Of a stretch of DNA of 64,000 nt, positions 14,393 to 30,902 are shown piece by piece. Within the stretch, counting starts at the first letter, position 1. Every line of letters begins with the position of its first letter. A program made the position numbers and the translations under genes. Below the pieces are notes generated by a model. That model saw nothing but the letters and a program-made list of their open reading frames with translations, had not been told where the DNA came from and did no database searches. The DNA lies in assembly GCA_965216755.1 (NCBI GenBank), contig CBDCGL010000011.1, forward strand, positions 1,536,001 through 1,600,000, read 5' to 3'. This stretch comes from Alphaproteobacteria bacterium (GTDB taxonomy: Bacteria > Pseudomonadota > Alphaproteobacteria > UBA7887).

Positions 14393-14624
14393 GCCGCCTT
14401 ACCTCTGCGTGTTCACGCTTTCACGTTTCAATGGTTCGCCGGCCCGCAAATCCGAACGCCCGTTCGGTCTGCGGCCCTGTCCTCAAACACCAAGCCGTCG
14501 CGACGTAATACGTCGGACGGCCCAAAATCCGGATCGTGTCTTTCGTCTGGCCTTACCCACCTCTGGCCACGGGCGCAGCGTTTAGACGGACCGCCTACCA
14601 CCTGCCCCGAATTTAGGATGGCGG

Positions 14625-14653
14625 ATACTATGAACGCACCGCCACCCCGTCAA
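14625..14653 (-). promoter_or_regulatory. Sigma70-type promoter of the str operon
   Basis: Minus strand TTGACG-N17-TAGTAT about 230 nt upstream of rpsL. Confidence 0.7.
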
Positions 14654-14723
14654 GAGTATTCCAAGTTTTCCGACACTCGCGACTCAATTTTTCCGTGCAT
14701 CGAAACTCCGTGTTCAAAAGCGA

Positions 14724-18917
<4,194 letters not shown>

Positions 18918-18982
18918 CTAACGGTACGCCGGCCTGACCGACGTCACTTGCAACCCTCAGCAGCGCCGTACGGCGCGCACGC

Positions 18983-21900
18983 CTATTCGCTTTGAATCAA
19001 ATCGACATCCAGCCCCAAGGATTGGAGCTCCTTAACCAACACGTTGAACGACTCGGGGATACCGGCTTCGAACGTATCCTCACCACGAACGATGGATTCG
19101 TACGCCTTGGTCCGCCCCGAGACGTCATCCGATTTGACGGTAAGCATTTCTTGAAGCGTGTACGCAGCACCGTAGGCCTGCAGTGCCCACACCTCCATTT
19201 CACCAAATCTCTGCCCACCGAATTGAGCCTTACCGCCCAAGGGTTGTTGCGTGACCAAGCTATATGGCCCAATCGACCGGGCATGAATTTTGTCGTCCAC
19301 CAGATGATGCAGTTTCAGCATGTAGATATACCCGACCGTAACCTTGCGATCGAACGGCTCCCCGGTGCGACCATCGACCAACGTCACCTGCCCGGACACA
19401 TCGAGTCCGGCACGTTCGAGCAAGCTGTTGATGTCGTCTTCGCGCGCGCCATCAAAAACCGGCGTTGCGATCGGCACGCCGTTCTCCAAATTCTTGGCGA
19501 GCTCAGCAACTTGGGAATCATTCAGCGATTGAACCGCGTCTTTCTGACCTTTGTCGCCGTACATGCCCTCAAGTTGCTTACGAAGCTTCTCGGCCGATCC
19601 TTGGCTTTGATAATCTTCGATCAATTCGCCGATCTCGCGACCAATCGCGTGTGTCGCCCAGCCCAAATGCGTTTCCAAAATCTGGCCAACATTCATGCGC
19701 GACGGCACACCGAGCGGGTTGAGCACAATGTCAACCTGCGTACCGTCTTCCAGGTATGGCATGTCTTCGATCGGCACGATGCGCGAAATCACGCCCTTAT
19801 TGCCATGCCGGCCGGCCATCTTATCGCCAGGCTGCAACTTGCGTTTCACGGCAACGAAGACTTTGACCATCTTCAAAACGCCAGGGAGCAACTCGTCGCC
19901 GCTTTGGATCTTTTCGACTTTTTCCTCAAATCGCGCCAGCAATTTGGCGTTGGCATCGTCCAATTCGCGTTTCAGCGACTCAATCGCAGCCATGGTCTTT
20001 TCGTCCTTGACCACGAACTGCCACCACTGACCGTGACTGTATTCGGCCAATACCTCCGCGGTGATCTTCGCGCCTGCCTTGTGGCCTTTCGGACCCGCGA
20101 CCGCATCAGCATCGAGCAGCAACGATTCAAGACGGTCGTAAATGTTGCCTTCGATGATCTTCCGTTCGTCGTCACGGTCCTTGGCCAGGCGATCGATCTC
20201 TGCGCGTTCGATCGCCAAGGCACGTTCGTCCTTGTCGACACCGCGGCGCGAGAATACCCGCACCTCGACAACGGTGCCGGTTACGCCGGGGGGCAATCGC
20301 AGCGACGTGTCCCGCACGTCCGAGGCTTTCTCACCAAAAATCGCACGCAGCAGCTTTTCCTCGGGCGTCATCGGCGATTCGCCTTTCGGCGTAATCTTGC
20401 CAACCAGAATATCGCCAGGCTTAACTTCTGCGCCGATATAGACGATGCCGGCTTCGTCCAGATTCTTTAGCGCCTCTTCGCCGACGTTGGGGATATCACG
20501 CGTGATTTCCTCCGGCCCCAGTTTGGTGTCACGCGCCATGATTTCGAATTCCTCGATATGAATCGAAGTGAACACATCATCGCGGACGATGCGTTCCGAA
20601 ATCAAAATCGAATCCTCGAAATTGTAGCCAAGCCACGGCATGAACGCGACCAACACATTGCGCCCCAGTGCCAGCTCACCCAAATCCGTCGACGGACCGT
20701 CGGCAATGACGTCGCCAGCATCCACCCGGTCACCCACCGCCACCAAGGGCCTTTGGGTGATACACGTATTCTGATTGGAGCGCTGGAACTTCAGCAAATT
20801 GTAAATGTCGACGCCGGCGGTCGTACTGTCGCCGGCATCACTGGTGACACGCACCACAATGCGTCGGGCGTCAACCTGGTCAACCAAACCGCCGCGACGG
20901 GCAATGACGGTGGCCCCCGAATCGCGGGCCACCACTTCTTCCATGCCCGTGCCAACCAATGGCGCCTCGGCCTTCAGGAGTGGCACCGCCTGGCGTTGCA
21001 TGTTAGATCCCATCAGCGCCCGGTTGGCGTCGTCGTTCTCGAGAAACGGGATCAGTGCCGCCGCCACCGACACCAATTGCTTTGGCGATACATCGATGTA
21101 ATCGATCGTATCCGGCGGCACCATGACAAAGTCGCCGTTTCGCCGGCAACTGACCAAATCACGCTCGAAACGCCCATCTGGCGTCAATCGCGCGTTGGCC
21201 TGGGCGATTGTATAGCGCCCCTCGTCCATGGCCGACAGATATTCAACATCGCCACTGATCTGACCATCGATTACTTTGCGGTACGGACTCTCAATGAAGC
21301 CATATTTGTTGACTTGCGCATAAGTTGCCAGGCTATTAATAAGTCCAATGTTTGGCCCTTCCGGCGTTTCAATTGGACAAATGCGGCCATAGTGCGTTGG
21401 ATGTACGTCGCGCACTTCAAAGCCGGCACGTTCGCGCGTCAGCCCGCCCGGACCCAACGCCGAAAGGCGCCGCTTGTGGGTGATTTCCGACAGCGGATTG
21501 GTCTGGTCCATGAACTGGGACAATTGCGATGAGCCAAAGAACTCCCGCACGGCCGCTGCCGCTGGTTTCGCATTGACCAAATCATGCGGCATCACTGCGT
21601 CAATATCGACCGAACTCATCCTTTCGCGGATCGCGCGCTCCATGCGCAACAGACCGACCCGATATTGGTTCTCCATCAATTCACCAACCGAGCGCACGCG
21701 TCGATTGCCAAGATGGTCAATATCGTCAATTTCTCCCTTGCCATCTTTCAGGTCGACCAACGTGCGCACCACGGCAACAATGTCCTCACGGCGCAGCTCG
21801 CGCACTTCGTCCGATGCACTGAGATTGAGCCGGCTGTTCATCTTCACGCGTCCGACGGCTGACAAGTCGTAGCGCTCGGAGCGCTCAACCTTTACGTCGT

Positions 21901-23290
21901 CCTCGTCCAACCAGACCGTCGGCAAGGTCGATGACCGCGGCAACGCGCACGACAGGGCGACGAGAACGCGTCCATCACGGACGTCCAACACCCACGACGC
22001 ACCGTCGAAATCCGCTTTACCCAGAGTCTCGACCACCTCGGCGTCGGCGCCTGCCGCGTGTCGCGCGCCCGCCTCGGGCTTGGTCAGCTTCGCCGGGCTC
22101 AAGAACAAGTCATAAAACAGGCGCTCCGCACTCTCGTCCGTTGGCGGCTCGCCCGGACGCATGACCCGATAGATGTCGGTGAGCGCTTCTTCCCGGGTGT
22201 TGTTCTTGTCCACGGCAAGCGTATCGCGAATATACGAACCAATGCTTTGTCCCAAAATCAGACAAGAGATCTTGTCGATTTTCGATTCAACGATTTTCTC
22301 AAGGATGTCTTGCGTCAAAGCATCGCCGGCCTCGGCATGAATGATGCCGGTTTCCTCGTCCACCACGTCGAAAGCAACAAATTGGTCGACCAATGCCTCC
22401 GGCTCAATCCTGAACTCAGTCAGGCCCGAGTCTTCCAGTTTCTTGGCCGTCCGCGCCGTAATCCGATCACCAGCTTTGGCGACCACCTCACCAGACTTCG
22501 CGTCAACCAGATCATGCAGCAACTTGGTGCCCTTCGCGCGCTCGATGTCGAATGGCGCGCGCCAGCCGTTCTTGTCATGGTGATAGATGACGGTCTCGTA
22601 AAACGCTGACAGTATCTCTTCCGCGGACATGTCCAATGCGCGCAGCAACGTGCCCACCGGCAGCTTGCGACGCCGGTCGATGCGCACATAAACAATGTCC
22701 TTGGCATCAAACTCGAAATCGAGCCAAGATCCGCGATACGGTATGATCCGCGCGGCAAAGAGGTACTTTCCTGACGAGTGGGTTTTTCCACGGTCATGAT
22801 CGAAAAACACACCCGGCGAGCGGTGCATCTGGCTGACAATCACCCGCTCGGTCCCGTTGATGACGAAAGTGCCCTTATCCGTCATCAGCGGCATATCGCC
22901 CATAAAAACGTCTTGCTCTTTGATATCGCGTACGGTGCGCGCGCCGGTGTCCTCGTCGACATCCCAAACAATCAGACGCAGCGTAACTTTCAGCGGCGCC
23001 GCATAGGTCATGCCGCGTTGCTGGCATTCTTCAACGTCATATTTTGGCCGCTCGAACTCGTAGCGCACGAATTCCAACTGCGCGCGATCGGAAAAATCGC
23101 GAATGGGAAACACCGACTTGAACACTTCCTGCAAGCCATACTCGCCCCGGTCTTCATGCCGGGCTTCCTTTTGAAGAAAGTACTCATATGACGTGCGTTG
23201 CACCTCTATGAGGTTCGGCATACTCGCGGCGGCCGAAATCCGACCAAAATTACGACGTATTCTCTTGCGACCCGTGAAAGAAAGGCTCAT
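18983..23290 (-). CDS. rpoB: RNA polymerase beta subunit with a 72-aa insertion
   Basis: [29 protein letters not shown]; [12 protein letters not shown]; extra segment before SERYDL. Confidence 0.99.
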   Translation of the reverse strand: MSLSFTGRKRIRRNFGRISAAASMPNLIEVQRTSYEYFLQKEARHEDRGEYGLQEVFKSVFPIRDFSDRAQLEFVRYEFERPKYDVEECQQRGMTYAAPLKVTLRLIVWDVDEDTGARTVRDIKEQDVFMGDMPLMTDKGTFVINGTERVIVSQMHRSPGVFFDHDRGKTHSSGKYLFAARIIPYRGSWLDFEFDAKDIVYVRIDRRRKLPVGTLLRALDMSAEEILSAFYETVIYHHDKNGWRAPFDIERAKGTKLLHDLVDAKSGEVVAKAGDRITARTAKKLEDSGLTEFRIEPEALVDQFVAFDVVDEETGIIHAEAGDALTQDILEKIVESKIDKISCLILGQSIGSYIRDTLAVDKNNTREEALTDIYRVMRPGEPPTDESAERLFYDLFLSPAKLTKPEAGARHAAGADAEVVETLGKADFDGASWVLDVRDGRVLVALSCALPRSSTLPTVWLDEDDVKVERSERYDLSAVGRVKMNSRLNLSASDEVRELRREDIVAVVRTLVDLKDGKGEIDDIDHLGNRRVRSVGELMENQYRVGLLRMERAIRERMSSVDIDAVMPHDLVNAKPAAAAVREFFGSSQLSQFMDQTNPLSEITHKRRLSALGPGGLTRERAGFEVRDVHPTHYGRICPIETPEGPNIGLINSLATYAQVNKYGFIESPYRKVIDGQISGDVEYLSAMDEGRYTIAQANARLTPDGRFERDLVSCRRNGDFVMVPPDTIDYIDVSPKQLVSVAAALIPFLENDDANRALMGSNMQRQAVPLLKAEAPLVGTGMEEVVARDSGATVIARRGGLVDQVDARRIVVRVTSDAGDSTTAGVDIYNLLKFQRSNQNTCITQRPLVAVGDRVDAGDVIADGPSTDLGELALGRNVLVAFMPWLGYNFEDSILISERIVRDDVFTSIHIEEFEIMARDTKLGPEEITRDIPNVGEEALKNLDEAGIVYIGAEVKPGDILVGKITPKGESPMTPEEKLLRAIFGEKASDVRDTSLRLPPGVTGTVVEVRVFSRRGVDKDERALAIERAEIDRLAKDRDDERKIIEGNIYDRLESLLLDADAVAGPKGHKAGAKITAEVLAEYSHGQWWQFVVKDEKTMAAIESLKRELDDANAKLLARFEEKVEKIQSGDELLPGVLKMVKVFVAVKRKLQPGDKMAGRHGNKGVISRIVPIEDMPYLEDGTQVDIVLNPLGVPSRMNVGQILETHLGWATHAIGREIGELIEDYQSQGSAEKLRKQLEGMYGDKGQKDAVQSLNDSQVAELAKNLENGVPIATPVFDGAREDDINSLLERAGLDVSGQVTLVDGRTGEPFDRKVTVGYIYMLKLHHLVDDKIHARSIGPYSLVTQQPLGGKAQFGGQRFGEMEVWALQAYGAAYTLQEMLTVKSDDVSGRTKAYESIVRGEDTFEAGIPESFNVLVKELQSLGLDVDLIQSE

Positions 23291-23573
23291 GCCTACTCCT
23301 CAGCTGCCAAATTGCACGCAAAGAAGCGCGCCCACGCACAAACTCTTCGTGCGCGCCGCGCTTCATCTGCTTTGCGGTCGCCCCGCACCCGACAACGCTG
23401 CAACGTGTCAGTGCATGACGACCAAGATTCCCAACGCGTCCCGGATTGAACCGGTTGATAGCGATTTCCGAGCGGCCCCGTCTGCTCCTCCGTCGGCCCG
23501 TTATGGCCGATCTGTGCCCGCCGCCACAGGGTAACGCCCCCTATGGCCGCCCAAGGCGGATTTGACAATCATG

Positions 23574-23954
23574 TTACTTGAGCTCAACGGAGGCACCAGC
23601 CCCTTCAAGCTTCTTCTTCATTTCTTCAGCTTCGTCCTTAGACACGGCTTCCTTCACCGGCTTCGGTGCGCCTTCGACCAAGTCCTTGGCCTCTTTCAAG
23701 CCCAGGCCCGTGATCGCGCGAACTTCCTTGATAACGTTGATTTTCTTCTCGCCAATCGACGCCAAGACAACGTCAAATTCGGTTTTTTCCTCGGCCGCAG
23801 CCGCTTCGCCACCGGCAGCCCCAGGCACAGCGGCCACGGCGACCGGCGCGGCTGCCGACACGCCCCATTTCTCTTCCAGCAATTTCGATAATTCCGCTGC
23901 CTCAATGACAGTCAGAGCCGAAAGATCATCGACTAGCTTTTCCAGGTTGGCCAT
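23574..23954 (-). CDS. rplL: 50S ribosomal protein L7/L12
   Basis: EEKTEFDV; [24 protein letters not shown]. Confidence 0.99.
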   Translation of the reverse strand: MANLEKLVDDLSALTVIEAAELSKLLEEKWGVSAAAPVAVAAVPGAAGGEAAAAEEKTEFDVVLASIGEKKINVIKEVRAITGLGLKEAKDLVEGAPKPVKEAVSKDEAEEMKKKLEGAGASVELK

Positions 23955-24037
23955 CTCAGCTTTAACTCCCGTATCCGAACCCTTGAATTTGAACCTCTGG
24001 TGCCGCTACGCGGCAGTCACACAACGCCATTGCATCC

Positions 24038-24553
24038 CTAGTCATCACCCGTCGCGCCGTAGGCGCCGAGAACCCGGGCCACTTGGCCACCCGGCGCGTT
24101 CAACACGCCGACAACGCGTGAGGCCGGTGTACTCAACAAGCCCACGAGCTTGCCACGCAATTCATCAAGCGATGGCAAGCTCGCCAAATTCTTGACGGCG
24201 TCGGCATCCAGCATCGTTTCCCTGAGCGCACCACCAACAACGATCAGATTTTCGTTGGTCTTCGAAAACTCGACTGCCGCTTTGGCGGCGGCAACCGGAT
24301 CGTCCGAAAATGCGATTGCGGTTGGACCCGTAAACAGATCAGTCAAACCAACAAACGCTGTGCCCTCAAGCGCCCTTTGCGCGAGGCGGTTCTTGGTCAC
24401 CCGGAACTTGGCGTTGGCATCGCGCATCCGACGCCGTAGCGCCGTCGAATCCGCAGCCGTTATGCCAAGATAGTGGGTCACCACCACCAGGTTGGCGTCA
24501 GTGAAGGCCTGGTGCAGCGACGTAACGACGTCTTGTTTACGCGCTCTTTCCAT
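24038..24553 (-). CDS. rplJ: 50S ribosomal protein L10
   Basis: RVTKNRLA; TGPTAIAFS; LPSLDELR; start at MERARK. Confidence 0.97.
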   Translation of the reverse strand: MERARKQDVVTSLHQAFTDANLVVVTHYLGITAADSTALRRRMRDANAKFRVTKNRLAQRALEGTAFVGLTDLFTGPTAIAFSDDPVAAAKAAVEFSKTNENLIVVGGALRETMLDADAVKNLASLPSLDELRGKLVGLLSTPASRVVGVLNAPGGQVARVLGAYGATGDD

Positions 24554-24740
24554 TTTCGCTCTCCACCATGTGCCGCCGACCACGGCCAAAGCCGATAGGC
24601 GACGACATTAACAAGGACCTTTGAGACCGCCGTACGCAGGCAGCCACACGGACCCACACGCCTGTCCCAGGGGTTCAGACCGGCAATCAAGCAAAGCCCG
24701 TCGGATCGCACCAACGAACTTGGACCGGATCGGGTCCAAC

Positions 24741-24818
24741 CACTGTCTATGCAGGCCAACCGCTTGCTTAAGTCCGTCGCGGCCAGGCCGCTTGGACACC
24801 TGCAGTCTCGGACAGGAT
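24741..24818 (-). promoter_or_regulatory. L10 leader (rplJ autoregulatory RNA)
   Basis: Minus strand CCGAGACTGCAGG...TTAA...CCTGCATAGAC pairing in the rplA-rplJ intergenic region, matching the L10-leader pattern. Confidence 0.75.
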
Positions 24819-24891
24819 CCACGGCACCCAGTTTGTGCCGCGACTTCGCCCGCCATTGCTGGCAGGTCGAATTGTCTCTTCAATTGGTCAC

Positions 24892-25590
24892 TCAACTCGT
24901 GCCCAACGAACCAACTTCGATTTTCACACCGGCGCCCATCGTTGAACTTAAAGCCGCCTTTTGTAAAAATGTTCCCTTGGCGCCGCTTGGCTTGGCGCGG
25001 TTGATGGCGCCGACAAACGCACGCACATTCTCGGCCAAGGCCTCTTCGCTAAAGCTCGCTTTACCAACGCCGGCATGAACGATGCCATTTTTCTCAACAC
25101 GGAACGTCACCTGGCCACCCTTCGCCGCCTGAACCGCTTCCGCCACGTCATTTGTCACCGTGCCTAGTTTCGGGTTCGGCATAAGCCCGCGCGGGCCAAG
25201 GATCTTGCCCAACCGACCGACGACGCCCATCATGTCCGGCGTCGCGATGCACCGGTCAAACTCGATAACCCCTTTCTGAACTTGCTCGGCCAGATCTTCG
25301 GCGCCGACCAAATCCGCGCCGGCCGCCTTCGCTTCATCAGCTTTGGCGGCTTTAGCGAAAACCGCAACGCGCACTGTCTTACCAGTGCCGTGCGGCAATC
25401 CGACTACGCCACGGACCATCTGATCCGCATGACGCGGATCGACACCCAAGCCAAGCGCAATTTCAACAGTTTCATCGAACCGGGCGCTGGCCCGTTCCTT
25501 AACCATCTTTACCGCATCATCCAACGCATATTGCATATGCCGGTCGATACTTTCGCGAATATCGCGACCACGTTTCGATTTCTTCGACAT
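24892..25590 (-). CDS. rplA: 50S ribosomal protein L1
   Basis: FDETVE; [11 protein letters not shown]; SSTMG. Confidence 0.98.
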   Translation of the reverse strand: MSKKSKRGRDIRESIDRHMQYALDDAVKMVKERASARFDETVEIALGLGVDPRHADQMVRGVVGLPHGTGKTVRVAVFAKAAKADEAKAAGADLVGAEDLAEQVQKGVIEFDRCIATPDMMGVVGRLGKILGPRGLMPNPKLGTVTNDVAEAVQAAKGGQVTFRVEKNGIVHAGVGKASFSEEALAENVRAFVGAINRAKPSGAKGTFLQKAALSSTMGAGVKIEVGSLGTS

Positions 25591-25594
25591 CGCC

Positions 25595-26026
25595 CTAGTC
25601 CACCACCTCGATGCCCATCGAACGCGCCGATCCCGCCAGCATCCGACATGCGGCATCGCTATCGTTCGAATTCAGATCCGCGGCTTTGGCCTCCGCGATT
25701 TCGCGCAGCTGCGCCATAGTTACCTTGCCGACGATGGCGCCACGCCCGCTTTCGCCTGACCCCTTGGCCAATCCAGCCGCCTTTTTTATGTAATAGCTCG
25801 CCGGCGGCGATTTCGTCACAAAACTGAAACTGCGGTCCGCGTACACCGTGATCACAGTCGGGATCGGCATACCCTGTTCCAACTTCTGTGTATCAGCGTT
25901 AAACGCTTTACAGAACTCCATGATGTTGACGCCTTGTTGGCCAAGCGCCGGACCAATCGGTGGCGACGGATTGGCTTGGCCGGCCGGCACCTGTAACTTG
26001 ATGTAGCCACTAATTTTCTTTGCCAT
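25595..26026 (-). CDS. rplK: 50S ribosomal protein L11
   Basis: [20 protein letters not shown]. Confidence 0.99.
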   Translation of the reverse strand: MAKKISGYIKLQVPAGQANPSPPIGPALGQQGVNIMEFCKAFNADTQKLEQGMPIPTVITVYADRSFSFVTKSPPASYYIKKAAGLAKGSGESGRGAIVGKVTMAQLREIAEAKAADLNSNDSDAACRMLAGSARSMGIEVVD

Positions 26027-26047
26027 TTCTTAGCCCTTCTGCTTTGG

Positions 26048-26080
26048 GTGCGTGGTTCGACAATGGCCAGTCTCCCACGC
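26048..26080 (-). promoter_or_regulatory. Putative L1-binding leader hairpin of rplKA
   Basis: Minus strand GCGTGGGAG...GAACCACGC stem with purine-rich internal loop just upstream of rplK. Confidence 0.55.
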
Positions 26081-26117
26081 ATTTCCACCACGACCGCCAC
26101 ACTGGGCGGCGGCGGAG

Positions 26118-26657
26118 TTAGAGTTTTTCGACCTGCGAGTACTCCAGCTCCACTGGCGTCGCACGGCCAAAAATGGATACCGCGACTTTCAAGCGCGCCC
26201 GATCCTCGTCAACATCCTCCACCATGCCGTTGAACGACGTAAACGGCCCGTCGGCGACACGCACCATTTCCCCGACTTCAAAGGTGATCGACGGTTTCGG
26301 CCGGTCCACACCTTCGCGCACCTGCTGCAGAATTCGTTGCGCCTCGGCGTCGGAAATCGGTGACGGTCGGCCGCCGGTTCCCAAAAAGCCGGTCACTTTG
26401 GCTGTGTTCTTCACCAGATGCCAGGTTTCGTCGGTCATGATCATTTTGACGAGCACGTAGCCTGGGAAAAACTTGCGTTCGCTTGATACTTTGTGGCCGC
26501 GGCGCATCTCGACCACTTCCTCGGTCGGCACCAATACCTCTTCAAAGAGATCGCCCATCTCTTTACGATCCGCCTGCTCTCGGATCGCCTGGGCCACCTT
26601 TTTTTCAAACCCGGAATAAGTGTGCACGATGTACCAGCGATGCTGATCCTGCGCCAT
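26118..26657 (-). CDS. nusG: Transcription termination/antitermination factor NusG
   Basis: WYIVHTYSGFE; FPGYVLV; IFGRATPVEL. Confidence 0.98.
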   Translation of the reverse strand: MAQDQHRWYIVHTYSGFEKKVAQAIREQADRKEMGDLFEEVLVPTEEVVEMRRGHKVSSERKFFPGYVLVKMIMTDETWHLVKNTAKVTGFLGTGGRPSPISDAEAQRILQQVREGVDRPKPSITFEVGEMVRVADGPFTSFNGMVEDVDEDRARLKVAVSIFGRATPVELEYSQVEKL

Positions 26658-26662
26658 TCCGA

Positions 26663-26860
26663 CTACGCCCCAATACCCAGAAAAAACCGCACGCCCCAAG
26701 CCAACACTTGGTCAACCAAGAAAAAGAATATCGCAAGAAAAAACACCATGACGAACACCATCACCGTAGTGACCGTCGTTTCCTTGCGCGTTGGCCATGT
26801 GACCCGGCTGACTTCCTGGCGAACTTGTCTAACGAACTCGCCCGGGCTTGTTTTTGCCAT
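26663..26860 (-). CDS. secE: Preprotein translocase SecE
   Basis: EVSRVTWPTRKE plus one TM helix; upstream of nusG. Confidence 0.97.
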   Translation of the reverse strand: MAKTSPGEFVRQVRQEVSRVTWPTRKETTVTTVMVFVMVFFLAIFFFLVDQVLAWGVRFFLGIGA

Positions 26861-26980
26861 ACTACCTACTTTACCGACACCCTTGCGGCATCACGCTCTC
26901 CGTGTGCCATCCCTCCGGCGGCATCACCGCATATGCCCCGCCACTTGCCGCCGCGGCCATTCCGCCAATTCCAGAGGCCA

Positions 26981-27056
26981 TGGCAGGAGTGGAGGGACTC
27001 GAACCCCCAGCCCCCGGTTTTGGAGACCGGTGCTCTACCAGTTGAGCTACACTCCT
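26981..27056 (-). tRNA. tRNA-Trp(CCA)
   Basis: Cloverleaf AGGAGTG...CTCCAAA loop...TTCGAGT...GCCA. Confidence 0.97.
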
Positions 27057-27090
27057 TCATGATGGCATGATTCCGTAGCCACCTTCGTGA

Positions 27091-28281
<1,191 letters not shown>

Positions 28282-28456
28282 TGCAACCCTTGCCTAACTT
28301 GCGTCCAACTTATTGATGGGCACGTGGTACAACACCGCGCGCCCGGCCAACTAAACCGGCAGTCACGACACAAAAGACGCTACCGCCGAACCGGTCATAT
28401 CGAAGACATCCGAAGCGCTCACTGTGCGTACCACCTTCCGCTTTGGAATGCCGCTT

Positions 28457-28530
28457 TGGAGCGGGTGATGGGAATCGAACCCACGCAACCAGCTTGGAAG
28501 GCTGGGGCTCTACCACTGAGCTACACCCGC
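28457..28530 (-). tRNA. tRNA-Gly(TCC)
   Basis: GCGGGTG...CTTCCAA loop...TTCGATT...TCCA, 74 nt. Confidence 0.97.
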
Positions 28531-28623
28531 GCGGCTCGCGCCCAATACGATCGTTAAATGACTCCCTTGAACCCTGCCGCACCATAGCTCGATATGTTTG
28601 GATCAAAACCCTACTCGACACTC

Positions 28624-28709
28624 TGGTGGAGGGGGTAGGATTCGAACCTACGTAGACGTACGTCGGCAGATTTACAGTCTGCTGCCTTTAACCACTCGGC
28701 CACCCCTCC
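28624..28709 (-). tRNA. tRNA-Tyr(GTA)
   Basis: GGAGGGG...CTGTAAA loop, long variable arm, ACCA end. Confidence 0.97.
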
Positions 28710-28870
28710 GCCTCAGCGCACAGACGCCAGCAGAGAAGAGGCGAAATAAGGGAAATTCAAGCTGTGTGTCAACCGATTAAAACGCAAATGAACGCCACCG
28801 GCCCCCGTCTCGACTGCGGTGGCGTCAGTCCTGAAGCACATACCGTGCTTAACGTAATATAAACCTCGCC

Positions 28871-29668
28871 ATGCCCGCGCGCAAGGACACCCGATCCAAC
28901 CATCGTCGCCCCAATCGCAATTCGCGCGATCAGGCTTTCTGGATATATGGTTTACATGCCGTTGCGGCCGCTTTGTCCAACCCAAAACGAATCGTCACTC
29001 AGGTCCTCGTCACTGAGGACGCGCGTCGTCACCTCGACAAGACCGAACGCGTCGATCTTGTCGGCCTGCCCGTTTCTGTGGTTCGGCGCGCCGATGTCAC
29101 GCGCGCTACACCGGACGGTGCCGCGCACCAAGGCATGGCCGCCGCTGTCCTGCCCTTGCCTCCGATTGATCTCGATGTCTTGGCAGATGCCGTTGGCCAG
29201 GATGGCGATCGACCAGCGCTAATCGTGGTGATCGACCAAGTGACCGATCCGCAAAATGTCGGTGCGATCATCCGCTGCGCTAGTGTCTTCGGCGCACGGG
29301 CCGTGATTGCGCCTGCCCACAACGCCGCACGTGAATCCGGTGCACTCGCGAAAGCGGCCTCTGGCGCGCTAGATTGCGTGCCGATCGTGCACGTACCCAA
29401 TTTGGCGCGAACCATGCGCAGGCTCGCGGAGTTCGGCTATTGGCGAATCGGCTTAGACCACATGGCAACCCGAGACCTGATCGCAAGCAAAATCGCGGGC
29501 CCCATGGCGTTGGTCCTTGGGGCCGAAGGCAAAGGCCTGCGCCGCCTGACCCGCGAAACGTGCGACGATCTTGCGCATATCGAATCGTTCGGCGCGCTGG
29601 ATACACTTAATGTCGCTGCAGCAACGGCCGTGGCTTTGTATGAACTGCGGCGGGGAACCGGCCCGTGA
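28871..29668 (+). CDS. rlmB: 23S rRNA (Gm2251) 2'-O-methyltransferase, SpoU family
   Basis: IYGLHAV; HQG; DPQNVGAIIR; LGAEGKGLR; LNVAAA. Confidence 0.92.
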   Translation: MPARKDTRSNHRRPNRNSRDQAFWIYGLHAVAAALSNPKRIVTQVLVTEDARRHLDKTERVDLVGLPVSVVRRADVTRATPDGAAHQGMAAAVLPLPPIDLDVLADAVGQDGDRPALIVVIDQVTDPQNVGAIIRCASVFGARAVIAPAHNAARESGALAKAASGALDCVPIVHVPNLARTMRRLAEFGYWRIGLDHMATRDLIASKIAGPMALVLGAEGKGLRRLTRETCDDLAHIESFGALDTLNVAAATAVALYELRRGTGP

Positions 29669-30888
29669 CACCGCGCACCCGAAACCGTCAAATTGCTTGG
29701 GCGGCCGCTTCAGTGATCGCGATAGTCGGTGCCCTCCCCGTGCTGGCGACCTGCCAAACGGAAAGCAACTTCTCTCAATATCCAGGTTTCGCACGATATT
29801 TCGCGGCGCACCCGCCACCGATGGCGCCCCCCTCGGAACGCGACCAGGCCCTGGCATTTCGCTATCGTCCACGCCTGCTGCTGCCAGCTGACCATCCCGG
29901 ACCAATAGATTTCTATGCCGACTATATTGCGCAAGGCACTCTGCGCGACCGCGACGGCAATGTGATCAGTGATCGTGTCACGCAGGCGATGCTCAACAAA
30001 TACCGTGACGATCGGCATGTCGTTTTCGTCCATGAACCACGGCATCAAGCCCCCGAGCCCAAGGTATACGCGCGAATCACGCGTGAGGTGATTGATCCGA
30101 CATGGTATCCTGGCGTATCCGACCAGCCCTATACGTTCATCGGCTATACAGCCGTTTTTCGCCATTCCGGATTGCCGGCCAGTCTTTCATGGTGGCAAGA
30201 GAGCTTGGTTTCCCTCTTTGCTCAACCGGAGGATTGGCACCAATTGGATCACTACACCAGCGTCACCTTGGTCCTCGACCCCGCCGATCAGCCGGTGGCT
30301 GCGATATTCCAGCATCACAACTATATGCGCACCTATATGCTGGACCTTGATATCACGTTGCCTGACGATCAGCGTTTGCGGGTCGACGTGGCGGTGCGTT
30401 CGAATGAACTCTATCCGGCACGCAATCAGCCGGCGGAGCGACGTGCGGTACGATTTCTTGATACCGAAACGTTCGCCTATCTGATCACCGGCGAATCGCA
30501 ACCCTGGCTCGCCGGGGATGACCTCACCCAGCCGGCGGACGAAATCGATTATGAGTTGGTGTTTTTGCCGCCATCGGATGCCTTTTATCACTTCAAGGGT
30601 TTTCTCGGTGAGCGACGCCTTCTGCCCGGACGCGACGGACCACCGGGTGCCGATTTCAACACGTTACCGGTGCTCAAGCCCCTGACAATGCAAATGTTTG
30701 TGTCTTATTGGCGGGACGGGGACCTGGCAACTCTGTCGCGCTTTTCGTCGATGGTCGACGATTGGCGTGACCACGATGGCTGGCGTGCATTCGCAATGGC
30801 ACAGGCGGCGCAATTCGCGCGCGATCGCGCGTGCGCCAACGTGATACAAATGGCCTGTCTCACCGACACCGGTGATCCTCGTCCTTAG
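29665..30888 (+). CDS. Hypothetical exported/lipoprotein-like protein
   Basis: 407-aa ORF with GTGA overlap on the rlmB stop; N-terminal hydrophobic segment ending LATC. Confidence 0.75.
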   Translation: MTPRTRNRQIAWAAASVIAIVGALPVLATCQTESNFSQYPGFARYFAAHPPPMAPPSERDQALAFRYRPRLLLPADHPGPIDFYADYIAQGTLRDRDGNVISDRVTQAMLNKYRDDRHVVFVHEPRHQAPEPKVYARITREVIDPTWYPGVSDQPYTFIGYTAVFRHSGLPASLSWWQESLVSLFAQPEDWHQLDHYTSVTLVLDPADQPVAAIFQHHNYMRTYMLDLDITLPDDQRLRVDVAVRSNELYPARNQPAERRAVRFLDTETFAYLITGESQPWLAGDDLTQPADEIDYELVFLPPSDAFYHFKGFLGERRLLPGRDGPPGADFNTLPVLKPLTMQMFVSYWRDGDLATLSRFSSMVDDWRDHDGWRAFAMAQAAQFARDRACANVIQMACLTDTGDPRP

Positions 30889-30902
30889 CCACGCCGTCGA
30901 CC

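Noticed and set aside
21455-21545. Rifampicin-resistance changes in the RpoB cluster I region
   Set aside because: The sequence ([26 protein letters not shown]) is the sensitive wild-type pattern.
21881-22096. RpoB insertion as an intein or palindromic mobile element
   Set aside because: Too short, no C-terminal His-Asn splice motif, no endonuclease, and no evident long palindrome.
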